A DNA stretch of 64,000 nucleotides from an uncultured delta proteobacterium (GTDB lineage: Bacteria > Myxococcota_A > Polyangia > Polyangiales > Polyangiaceae): positions 32,001 to 96,000 of the forward strand of contig CAVOKF010000004.1 of NCBI GenBank assembly GCA_963696385.1, read 5' to 3'. The position numbers and the translations under genes are program-made. Below are positions 20,417-29,557 of the stretch, one piece after another. The notes beneath the pieces are model-generated. The model searched no databases, was not told the origin of the DNA, and worked only from the letters and a program-made list of their open reading frames with translations. Every line of letters starts with the position of its first letter. Position 1 is the first letter of the stretch.

Positions 20417-20904
20417 GTGACCGATGTAGAAGCTACAGCAGCCGCGAGAATCGCACTTCGGTGTCTCATCGAAGAGACAGCTTCAATGGCTGCCGCAAAC
20501 AGCATGACGCCCGAGGCCCTGCGAGGCATCGCCTATTATGACATGTCACGCGATGCCCCGATTCTTGCGCTGGACGCATTTGGAAAGGCAACACAGGTAG
20601 TCACCTCGCTTCCTGAGTTTTTGGCGCGTTTTGACGCCCAGGACGTCACGCGTATTGTCATACAGTTTGTATACGAATATTACGCCCGCAGTAACAGCAT
20701 CCTTTACGACGATGTTGTCTTTGAAGCCGTGTGGTCTGACTTCACGGCAGAAATCCAAGAGCCCCTGTGGGTGACGCGAGGAGTCGCCAACGTCAGAAAC
20801 TTCACGAGCGATAACCACGCACTGGCGCTGGGGGACGGCGTAGCGATCCGAGGGCGAAGTAACGACGAGCTCACCGCCCTGGGTTTTAGCGGTGCCGTTC
20901 TGGA
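20417..20904 (+). pseudogene. Hypothetical passenger gene 3'-truncated by repeat copy 8, preceded by a VERVQL* integrase remnant (20400-20420)
   Basis: Lower-GC ORF runs into the repeat; VERVQL* matches the end of the 50579..51677 recombinase. Confidence 0.6.
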
Positions 20905-21016
20905 CTCAAATCGGTTCGCCATTACAGCGACGGCGGAAGCCCCTAACGGGTTATATGTGACCGCCGCGGTTTCCGCGGCTCTTCGTTGATCGATACGCTT
21001 TCGACCGGCTACTCGC
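20905..21016 (+). repeat. 112-bp unit, copy 8 (diverged)
   Basis: CTCAAATCGGTTCGCC...GCCCCTAA-CGGGTT-ATATGTGACC...CTACTCGC; exactly 112 bp. Confidence 0.93.
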
Positions 21017-21218
21017 TCGCAAGAAGACGCGCAACGTGACGAAGGGGAAAGGCGGTACGATGGTGGTGCGCGGGGTCGCACTCGCCCTCATCGTGACGTC
21101 GAAAACCTTCCGCAAGCTGCGCGGTTACGTCGCAATGCCCAAGCTCGTCGCAGCCCTCCGCGCTCACGACGCCACGCTCAGCTCCACGTCCGTTGAGGAC
21201 TCGACGAAGACCGCGTAA
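21017..21218 (+). pseudogene. C-terminal remnant of an IS256-family transposase
   Basis: RKKTRNVTKGKGGTMVVRGVALAL...FRKLRGYVAMPKLVAAL resembles the IS256 C-terminus. Confidence 0.65.
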
Positions 21219-21267
21219 TTCGTTGCTCGCCGCCACCCAAGCGGCCGGGACCAAGCCCAAGGCGACC

Positions 21268-21440
21268 ATGGGAATGTCAGACTTCTACCGAGGCCTGCGT
21301 GAGAGGATCGGACCCGACCTGCTGCTCATTCCGGGCGTCGCCGCGGTCATTCGTGACGACGACGGGCGGTTCCTCGTGCAGCAGAGGCACGACGGGTCGT
21401 GGAGCCTTCCGGCTGGGGCGGTCGAACCCGGTGAAACCCC
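21268..21440 (+). pseudogene. NUDIX hydrolase 5' fragment
   Basis: GVAAVIRDDDGRFLVQQRHDGSWSLPAGAVEPGETP; Nudix box cut. Confidence 0.8.
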
Positions 21441-21493
21441 GCACGTCCGGTGGTGTGGGAGAGGCCCGGTGAACCCGCCGGCCCTATCCCGAT
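21439..21493 (+). ncRNA. Group II intron 3' remnant (half of domain V plus domain VI)
   Basis: CCGCACGTCCGGTGGTGTGGGAG...CCCTATCCCGAT. Confidence 0.65.
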
Positions 21494-21622
21494 TCCGCCT
21501 CGCCGGGTCGGGTCGGTCACAAAACGTCGGATCCACCGGGTCAAAAAAGGTCGGCTCGGCGTGGCCGTCTACAGCCCGACCGTCCTTCGCCTGAGGACAC
21601 GCTTCCGGTGACGCGTTCAGGG

Positions 21623-23525
21623 TCAGCTCCCGAGCCCGCGGTCGAGATCCGGACGAACGACGAGTCGGCCGCTTGCATCGCGAGAGATCACGACCGACTT
21701 GCCTTGCATGGCGCGCAGCGACGTCGTGGTATCCATCACGCCCAAGCGCGAACCGTCCGAAATGACGGCGCACCAGGAGCCACCGGGTGCCGCGCGGATC
21801 TCCAAGCGTCCGCGGAAGCGCTCCGGCAGGCGTCCGACAAATGTCTGCCCCAAGCTCGCAGCCATTTCGTCTCCTACCGCCCGTCGCTCGCGTTCGCGTA
21901 GCGCAGCAAGCCGACTCGGATCGTCGGGCGCGACGCCGAGCTGGCGCAGCGTTTCACGGCGACTCTGCACAGCGAGGCGCAGTTCCGCCCCGAAGCCGTA
22001 GGGCGCCAGGGTCGACGCGTCGACGCGATCGAGCCACACGGGGCCGAGATAACGAATTTGGTCGGCAAGCGACAGCGGCTCCTTACGAAAGAACAGGCGA
22101 TGCTTCGGAGGTGTCGTGTCGCCCGGTGCCGCGCTTGCAGCTGCTCGAGGAGGTCCAGCGGCAGCGTCCAGGCGTTGGGAGCGGCGGGCGTCGCCAGTCC
22201 GAGACGCTCGAGTTCGCGCAGGCGCCGACCGGCGGCGCGAGCGGTCGCGTCAGCGGCCTCGGCATCGAGCATGTACAGGCCGGCGCGCGCGCGGGCCACC
22301 TCCGCGATGTGCCCGTCGACCGGCCGGATGGCGCGCTCGGGTTGACTCGTCACGGACACGATGTCGCCCGGACGCAGAATCCTCGGCGGACCGCGGGTCG
22401 AGCTGGACATGGACCGCGTGGCCCGTTGGTCTCAATGACGGCGTACAGCCGCGCTTTGAGCTCGTCGGACAAACCCTTGCGCGCGACACGCCCCGTCAAG
22501 ACACCGTCGTCCCCCGCGGTGCCGAGGTCCATCGCCTGCCCTTCGCCTACGATCCGATATCGGGCCGGGTCCCCTTGCACGGCGGCATGAAGCTGCTTCA
22601 AGATGTCGCCTCGGGAACCCAGGGCGCGAAGCTCGGTTTGCCATCCCGCCTGGAGCGACCACGTCGATGGCGAGACGCGCTCCGCGAGCCGCACTGCCGC
22701 CAGGTGCTCGAGCCGCGCGACCAGTGTCGAGTCGTCGATCCACCCGGGCGGCTGGCGAGACCGGACCTCGATGCGGTTGTCGACCGCGCGCCGCTCGAGC
22801 TCGCGAGCGAGCGAGGTGAAACGCTCTTGGGTGATCTCCCAGGCATAGGCCCGCTGGATATCGAGGTCATGCCGCGGCCCGAGCTCCTCGGTCGCGATCT
22901 CCTGCGCCGACCAGCGCAAGCCGTTCGAGATGTACCCACGGTCGAGTCTGAGCTCGCGCCCGGTGCGGTCGACGCCCTGGATCACGATGTGCGCATGGGG
23001 ATGATCGGTGTCGAAATGGTTGACGGCCAACCACTCGAGCTTGCGATCGAGATCGCGCTCGACCCGCACAATCAAACGCCGAACGTACGCCGTGAGGTCG
23101 AGCTCCGCGGCATCTTCCGGGGACACGATCACACGAAACTGGTGCCGCTCCCCGGGGCGGGGTTGATCGAAGGTCTCGACGCGCGCCGGTCCGTCGTCGG
23201 TGTACGGCACGCCCTCGGAGCCGTCCTTCTCGACCCCGTCGCGCTCGATGTACCGTAGGTGCAGGGCGGCCGCCTTCGCGCCACCTGTCCCCATGCGCGC
23301 GACGTGCGCCTTGACGACCACGCGTCGCGCCGTCGCATCCGGTCGTCGGACCGAGACCCGTGAGCGTACTGCCGCACGTCGTGCGGCGCCGGCGCGGCGC
23401 ACGATCCGCGACAGAAGCGCGCCGCGAAACGACCCTGCGCCGCTCCGCGATGTCGATTTTCGCCCTCCGCCCATCCGAGGCCGTAAAATAGGGAGATCGT
23501 CCGGGTCGTTCCCGAGTGGATCCAC
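21623..23525 (-). pseudogene. VirD2-like MOBP relaxase with DUF3363-type C-terminus; at least two frameshifts
   Basis: HLRYIERDGV, HQFRVIVSPED, HFDTDHPHAHIVI; C-terminal WLDR...RRETLRQLG in other frames. Confidence 0.85.
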
Positions 23526-23657
23526 CTTTTCGTTATGGCGTTCAACAGGTTATCGATGTCGTGGATCCACGCCCTATGTCCGTGGATCCATATTTTCCTG
23601 AAATAGTTTTGCCATCTTAACTCACGCGTGGATCCACTCCTTTATCTTGCCCTCCGC
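23516..23657. promoter_or_regulatory. Candidate oriT: four GTGGATCCAY palindromes and a nic-like TATCTTG^CCC
   Basis: Palindromes at 23516, 23561, 23582, 23628; TATCTTGC at 23643-23650; between divergent relaxase and mobC. Confidence 0.65.
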
Positions 23658-23724
23658 TTTGCTCTCGGGAACGACACATTCTGACCTGACTCCGTTTTGA
23701 CTTCGTAGTCTGTCGTAGTTACGT

Positions 23725-24282
23725 ATGGGACGGATTCCGGAGCCAAACGGAGACAAGTGCCCAATGCAAGCACGACAGAAGATTCGGTGCGACGCGATCG
23801 ACCGCGCGCGGATGTTGCTCGAGACGGTAACTACACCCACGATTGAAGAAGTCACCAAGTCGGAAGCTGTCCGAATGCTGCTTCCGCAGATCCGCGAGGC
23901 ACGATCGAAAGGGTACGGTCTTGAAGCGATTGCCAAGATGCTTTCCGAGAGCGGTGTAACGGCGAGTGCAAGCCTCGTCCGCGATCTCTTGACGGAGGGC
24001 AATGCCCCTCTTGTGTTCGGGCGGGGCGCCAAAGCGAAGTCGGCTCATGTCCGGAAGTCACCTGTGCGGGGAGTGCGCGTCCAGCCGCGACACGAACCGT
24101 CGTCGGGCGCGTCAGACTCGAAGACGGATCCGGAAGCCACTCGGGCGACGACGCCGGAGCGAAGCCTTCGTCCAGCCGCGACAGGCGACGGCGCCACCCC
24201 CGTAGTGAAGTCCCCGTCGGTCGGACAGTCTGTCGTGCGTCGGTCGACGTTCGTGCCGCGACCCGATACCGAGAGCATCTAA
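23725..24282 (+). CDS. mobC: MobC/TraK-like relaxosome accessory protein
   Basis: KSEAVRMLLPQIREARSKGYGLEAIAKML...FVPRPDTESI; upstream of mobD- and mobE-like genes. Confidence 0.65.
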   Translation: MGRIPEPNGDKCPMQARQKIRCDAIDRARMLLETVTTPTIEEVTKSEAVRMLLPQIREARSKGYGLEAIAKMLSESGVTASASLVRDLLTEGNAPLVFGRGAKAKSAHVRKSPVRGVRVQPRHEPSSGASDSKTDPEATRATTPERSLRPAATGDGATPVVKSPSVGQSVVRRSTFVPRPDTESI

Positions 24283-24394
24283 AGCGCCATCCCGAGTGAA
24301 GTCGACTGCTGTCGGCGTTCCTCCCCCACTTCCCATTCCATCCCGTCGAGAGGACAAGTCCGAATGACTGCGATCCAGACCGCGCGAGGACACG

Positions 24395-24951
24395 GCTCGA
24401 GACGGCGGTTACACCCACGATCGAAGAAGTCGCCACGTCGGATGGTGCTTGCGCAGATCCGCGAGGCCCGATCGAAGGCGTACGGTCTTGACGCGATCGC
24501 CAAGATCCTTTCCGAGAGCGGGGTAACGGCGAGTGCAAGCCTCGTCCGAGATCTCTTGACGGAGGGCAATGCCCCTCTTCTGTCCGGACTGGACGGCCCA
24601 TCGAAGTCGGCTCGTCTCCGAAAGTCACCCGTCGCGGGAGTGCGCGTCCAGCCGCGACACGAGCCGTCTTCGGGCGCGTCAGACTCGAAGAGGGCTCCGG
24701 AAGGCACTCGAGCGACGACTCCGGAGCGAAGCATCCGTCCAGCCGCGACGGGCGACGGCGTCACCCCGTATGGAAGTCCCCGTCGGTCGGACAGTCTGTC
24801 GTGCGTCGGTCGACGATCGCGGCACGACGCGAACCCGGGAGCCTCTAAAGCGCCAACCCAAGTGAAGCCGACGGCTGTCGGCGTTGTGCCCCCGCTTCCC
24901 GTTTCATCCTGTCGAGAGGACAAGCCCGAATGACTGCGATCCAGACCGCGC
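24395..24951 (+). repeat. Imperfect tandem duplicate of 23817-24385 (mobC 3' part plus mobD start)
   Basis: Both copies start GCTCGAGACGG and end ATGACTGCGATCCAGACCGCGC. Confidence 0.9.
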
Positions 24952-25646
24952 AATCCCTTGAGGACAAACACCGACCGATCTACTGGATTGGAGGCAGCAA
25001 AGGCGGCGTCGGCAAGTCGATGATGGCCATCGCCACACTCGATTACCTGCTCGAGAGAGGCACGATCGTCTGTCTCGTCGAGAGCGACACGTCCAACCCG
25101 GACGTGTGGAAAGTCTACAAGGACGTCGTCCCCGTTGAGCTCATCAATCTGGACGAGGGTGACGGCTGGGTCGATCTCGTGAACGTGTGCGACGAACATT
25201 CCGACCGGGTCGTCGTCGTCAACACGGCCGCACGAAACAATCTGGCCGTCACGCAGTACGGCCAGACTCTCGGCACCTGCCTGGGCGAGCTCGGTCGGAA
25301 GTTGGTCGCACTCTGGATGATCAACCGCCAGCGAGATAGCTTGGAGCTGCTCCAGGAGTTCATCGAGGCCGTACCGACCGCGGATGTCCACGTGGTGCGA
25401 AACGGCTATTTTGGCGCGGAAAGCAAGTTCGAGCTCTACAACAGCTCAAAGACCCGGGGATCGGTCGAGAGTCGCGGCGGCAAGTCCGTCACGTTGCCGG
25501 ATTTGGCCGATCGGGTCGCCGACGATCTGACCGAAAGGAGGTTGCCCTTGGCGGCCGCCGCCAAGTCCTTGCCCATCGGCAATCGAGCCGAATTGACTCG
25601 ATGGCGAAGCGAAGTGCGAAAGGTTTTGGCCGAGGTGCTGGACTGA
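24930..25646 (+). CDS. mobD: MobD/TraL-like P-loop protein
   Basis: GGSKGGVGKS, ESDTSNPDV, VVNTAAR. Confidence 0.85.
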   Translation: MTAIQTAQSLEDKHRPIYWIGGSKGGVGKSMMAIATLDYLLERGTIVCLVESDTSNPDVWKVYKDVVPVELINLDEGDGWVDLVNVCDEHSDRVVVVNTAARNNLAVTQYGQTLGTCLGELGRKLVALWMINRQRDSLELLQEFIEAVPTADVHVVRNGYFGAESKFELYNSSKTRGSVESRGGKSVTLPDLADRVADDLTERRLPLAAAAKSLPIGNRAELTRWRSEVRKVLAEVLD

Positions 25647-25726
25647 GTCGGGCGGAGTCTTCATTCCGGCTGGGAACGGGAACACGGACGAACCACCGGA
25701 CGGGTTCTATGGGGGAGGGTCACGCG

Positions 25727-26398
25727 ATGAGCATCGACGACGCGTTCGTGAAGCTGACCGGTCGGCAAGCGACCCTCGAAGAACGAGAGCGCCTCCAGCG
25801 CATCCGGGAGGCGCTCGGCCTTGCCGACAACGACGCGTTCTGGAGCATCGTGATGGCGCTCGAATATTACGACTCGCTCTGGCGCCAGTACCCGGCGCAG
25901 TTCGCCGAACACACCGCCCGCACGATCGAGAGAGCCCGCGCGGCCTTCGCCGCGGCAGCCCAGAAAGAGGCCGCGCAAGCCCAGCGCGTGCTTTCCGCAC
26001 AAGTGGCCGAAACGAGCGTCGCGATGGCTCGGCGCCTCGCCGATCGACCCCTCGGGGTGCACCGCGTGACGCTCTGCTTGGCCGCCGTCGTCGCCTTCGG
26101 GGCCTTGTGCGTGCACGCCGGAACCCATCTCGCTCCCAGCGACGCAGCGTGGCGCCCGGTTGGAGCGACGGAGGTCCGCGGATCGGCCGGGGTGATCGCG
26201 CGCGTGCTCTCCGTGCCCGCGGGGTGGATGATCTTCGCGCTTCTCATGCCCGCGGCGGCGGTGGGAGTCCGTGCGGGCTGGGACATGGCGGCCGATCCCC
26301 TGGCCGATCGACGAGACAAGGCCGTCGGAGCGTGCGTCGTGGCGTTCTGCGTGGCCGGGGCCGTGGCGTGCGCCGTTCTGATGGCTCGGGTCACGTGA
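25727..26398 (+). CDS. mobE: MobE/TraM-like membrane protein
   Basis: DDAFVKLTGRQAT...LGLADNDAFWSIVMALEYY; C-terminal TM helices. Confidence 0.75.
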   Translation: MSIDDAFVKLTGRQATLEERERLQRIREALGLADNDAFWSIVMALEYYDSLWRQYPAQFAEHTARTIERARAAFAAAAQKEAAQAQRVLSAQVAETSVAMARRLADRPLGVHRVTLCLAAVVAFGALCVHAGTHLAPSDAAWRPVGATEVRGSAGVIARVLSVPAGWMIFALLMPAAAVGVRAGWDMAADPLADRRDKAVGACVVAFCVAGAVACAVLMARVT

Positions 26399-26425
26399 TG
26401 CTGGGGCGAAGCCGGCTCCCTGGCG

Positions 26426-26835
26426 GTGCCCAGCGCGGACGGCGACGCGGTGGTGGTGCGCGTCCGTGCGTTCGGCCTCAATCATTCGGAGGCGTACTTC
26501 CGCCGAGGGGTCTGGGGCGAGGTGGCGAAGGTCACCGGCATCGAGTGTGTCGGCGAGGTGTACGACCCGGGACGGTCCGCCCTGCCTCGCGGACAGCGTG
26601 TCTTCGCCCTCATGGGGGGGATGGGACGCACGATCAACGGAAGCTAGGCGGAGTTCGTGAGCGCACCTGCCGCCAACGTTGTGCCGTTCGAGTCGACAGG
26701 GGCGTGGGCCAACTTGGCTGCGATCCCGGAGTCGTATGTGCGACGGCGTGGACGTTTACCTAGGCGCAGCGACTGGCACACGCACCCGCTCGGACAGACG
26801 CTGATTGTGACGTTCGGGTGCGGCCTGCACCAGCG
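26426..26835 (+). pseudogene. Fragments of a zinc-binding oxidoreductase and a cupin
   Basis: VRVRAFGLNHSE...GIECVGEV...GRTINGS*AEF with an internal stop; [13 protein letters not shown]. Confidence 0.7.
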
Positions 26836-26837
26836 AA

Positions 26838-27302
26838 TCACGACCGTGGAAAATCCGCCTCGACCGCTTTGATCCTGGCGACCAACTCTCGGATCACCTC
26901 GTCCGCATCCGCCGGTTCAGCGTGGTGCAGGCCGCTCTTGTTGAAGTAACGCCCATGGGCGAGGCCGTGCCGGTACGCGTACATCTGCTTGAAGTGGCCG
27001 GCCTCGTTCGGAGCTGCCGCGACCTGCTTCCAGACGTCGAGAATTTCGTCCAACGGCACCCGTCCGTCGTAGCGCTTCTCCAGGCGACGAAATCGAACCG
27101 CAGCAACGGCGCTGCCGGCCTGCCTCGCGCCATAGTCCAGGCGCAGAACGCGCTCGGCGCTCGCGACTAAGGCCAGGACGACCTCGTCGTCGAGTTCCTC
27201 GCGCATCTCCTCAAGCGCTTCGGTGAATGCATCCTCGGTGCGCGGGAACGTCGCCGCTTGGGCTCCCTGCGCCGGGATCCCCCCGCGCGCTAGTACACGC
27301 AA
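26838..27302 (-). CDS. HEPN-like protein, start uncertain
   Basis: [11 protein letters not shown]xxxxH motif. Confidence 0.55.
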   Translation of the reverse strand: MRVLARGGIPAQGAQAATFPRTEDAFTEALEEMREELDDEVVLALVASAERVLRLDYGARQAGSAVAAVRFRRLEKRYDGRVPLDEILDVWKQVAAAPNEAGHFKQMYAYRHGLAHGRYFNKSGLHHAEPADADEVIRELVARIKAVEADFPRS

Positions 27303-27361
27303 TGTGGCGACGGACCGGCGGTAGTACTCGAGAATCTCGGCAGGCGTTCGCTACGTCGGCA

Positions 27362-27846
27362 TCAGCCGATGAGCTCGCTCAAGGCATCCGTCATCGTCTC
27401 CTGCGTCAGTGGCACGGCCTCCTTGTCGGAGGGCCAGCCATCGACGGCCGCGAGTTGCCACGTGCGGTCCGCCTTGCGGAGGATCGTGGCCCGGGCAGGG
27501 CCTGACACCAGGTCGACCCGACCGCGCGCCCCGACGATCCTCTTCCCGCCGCCCGCGGGGACGACCCCGACGATGCGCATGCCGCGCGGCTTCACCTCGA
27601 CCTTTCGCTCTCCGAGATGGATCGTGAGCGCGGCCACGCGGTACGGCCCGTATCTTGCTCGTCGATGTCGACTTCGCCGCGCTCGACCCGAACGAGCTTC
27701 TTCTCGATTGCCGGACTAAGCCAGGCCGTGACGCCGCTCATGAGCTGCGCCACATCGGCAATCCACTCATCCCGCTTCGCCGCGAAATGCTCCTCGACCG
27801 TCTTGGGCTGGTGTTCGAGCTGTTGTACGAGCTTCTCGATGCTCAT
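27362..27846 (-). pseudogene. Hypothetical protein split by a frameshift near 27640
   Basis: ORFs 27592..27846 and 27362..27637 join; GGAG RBS upstream. Confidence 0.6.
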
Positions 27847-28656
27847 TCGCTGGTCTCCTGCGGGCCTCGGACCGTCGCTAGACGTATAGCATCACGTCAT
27901 CGGCGCTCTTCCCGAACCAACGGCTCCTGGAGCGGGGGCTGGGCATCGGGAGCCCAAGCCCGGAGGATGAATGACCATGCGCGACCCGCGACTCGCTGAG
28001 CTCGACTTCCTCATGAAGCTCGAGAGGGGCGGCCCCTGGTGCTGACCGTTTCCAAGGACTCAAAGGACGAGATGTTCGATCTTTCGGCCGGCCCGCTGCG
28101 CGAGCTGCTTTCGGAGCTGATCGAGCAGGGGCTGGTGAACGGCAACCCTAGCGCAATGGACGCCGATCGTTCGGCGCAGGACAACTCGCGGAACCTGGGC
28201 AGCGATGCGCGTCTGGAGGACCTCAATAACCGGCGCCTCGGTCGTGAGCGCGGCCATCACCGTCCACAATCGGCCACAAGCGGCGCGTCCGACGCTGGTG
28301 GTGACTGGTTCGTCACGTCGGGTGGTAACTTGCTCCCGTGACGGACCCGTCGAGCGGCGGCCTTGCCGAGCTTGGCCTTTGCGTCGCGAGGACGCTCCTC
28401 CAGAGACTTGCTCATTCGCCCCGCTCCTCTTTCGCCTCCTCCTGCTCCTCGCGGAGCTCCGCCTCAGCGACCGCGAGCCGCCATCCCAGAAGGGACGAAG
28501 GTCGGCATCCGATTCCGCGTTCGGGGCAGCTTTGGCGTTGTCGACAGCGGCCACGAACACGGGCGGCACCTCGCCGGGCTTGCCCGAAAAGGACCGGATG
28601 CGTTGTCCAGCAAGCGCTCCGAGGAGGGAGCGGCGTGTATCTGGGTCACCCCCGGC

Positions 28657-28917
28657 TGGAGCGACGGAGGTCCGGGGATCGGGCGGGGTGATCGCGCGCG
28701 TGCTCTCCGTGCCCGCGGGGTGGATGATCTTCGCGCTTCTCATGCCCGCGGCGGCGGTGGGAGTCCGTGCGGGCTGGGACATGGCGGCCGATCCCCTGGC
28801 CGATCGACGAGACAAGGCCGTGGGAGCGTGCGTCGTGGCGCTCTGCGCGGCCGGGGCCGTGGCGTGCGCCGCTCTGATGGCTCGGGTGACGTGATGGTGG
28901 GGCGAAGCCGGCTCCCG
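28657..28917 (+). repeat. Second copy of the mobE 3' end (26160-26420)
   Basis: Near-identical GATEVRGS...LMARVT* segment. Confidence 0.9.
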
Positions 28918-28929
28918 GTCGTGGCCCCG

Positions 28930-29331
28930 CTACGAGGCCGGAGTCTTGGGACGTCCTGAAAGGTGAAGAAGCACTCCCGCGAGGCTTGCGTAAATCGCCC
29001 ATCGCGCGAAGGGCCGCACCAGGCCGTAAAGCCACGGTTCACGCAGAAACGCTATGACGAACAGGAACGGCCCCATCGCGACGAGGGCGCTGCCGACGCA
29101 CTGCAAGCCTCGGCGCCACGCCGTACGACCCGGAACGAAATACGTTCCGAGCAGCACGTTGAGCAGCGACGAAAAGAGAAGATAGATGTGGCTGGAACGA
29201 AACAGAAGGCGGGGCCCATCGGCGAGCCCGCGAAGGTGGTCGTAGCGGACGTGCATGTAGAGCCCACTCGCCAGGAAGGCGCCGAGCCCAAGCAGCCCAA
29301 GTGACAGATGAACGCGACGCAGGCGGTTCAC
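28930..29331 (-). CDS. Small multi-TM hypothetical protein
   Basis: 133 aa, four hydrophobic segments, RSSHIYLL. Confidence 0.7.
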   Translation of the reverse strand: MNRLRRVHLSLGLLGLGAFLASGLYMHVRYDHLRGLADGPRLLFRSSHIYLLFSSLLNVLLGTYFVPGRTAWRRGLQCVGSALVAMGPFLFVIAFLREPWLYGLVRPFARWAIYASLAGVLLHLSGRPKTPAS

Positions 29332-29557
29332 GACGAACGCAGAGGCAGGGTCGCGGCCCGTTCAGGTAGCAAGCCGCACGTCGTCCGATAACACTTCCGT
29401 CCCCGCGGTGGCTAGATCGGGACGGAAGGAGGAACGAGCCAGCGCACGGGAAATTCCGCCCCCTATCGGTACTTTGGAAACGACCTCGTCTGTAACCAGG
29501 TGACGAGAGATTCCGCCGCGCGAAATCCTTACCCTACCCGCGCCCCACTGTGAGAGC

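Noticed and set aside
6202..21016. 112-bp units as a CRISPR array
   Set aside because: Units are too long, spacing is 0.4-4.4 kb and irregular, orientation is mixed, and no cas genes are present.
6202..21016. Units as integron attC sites
   Set aside because: No RYYYAAC/GTTRRRY ends, no full-length palindrome, and cargo genes are cut and face both directions.
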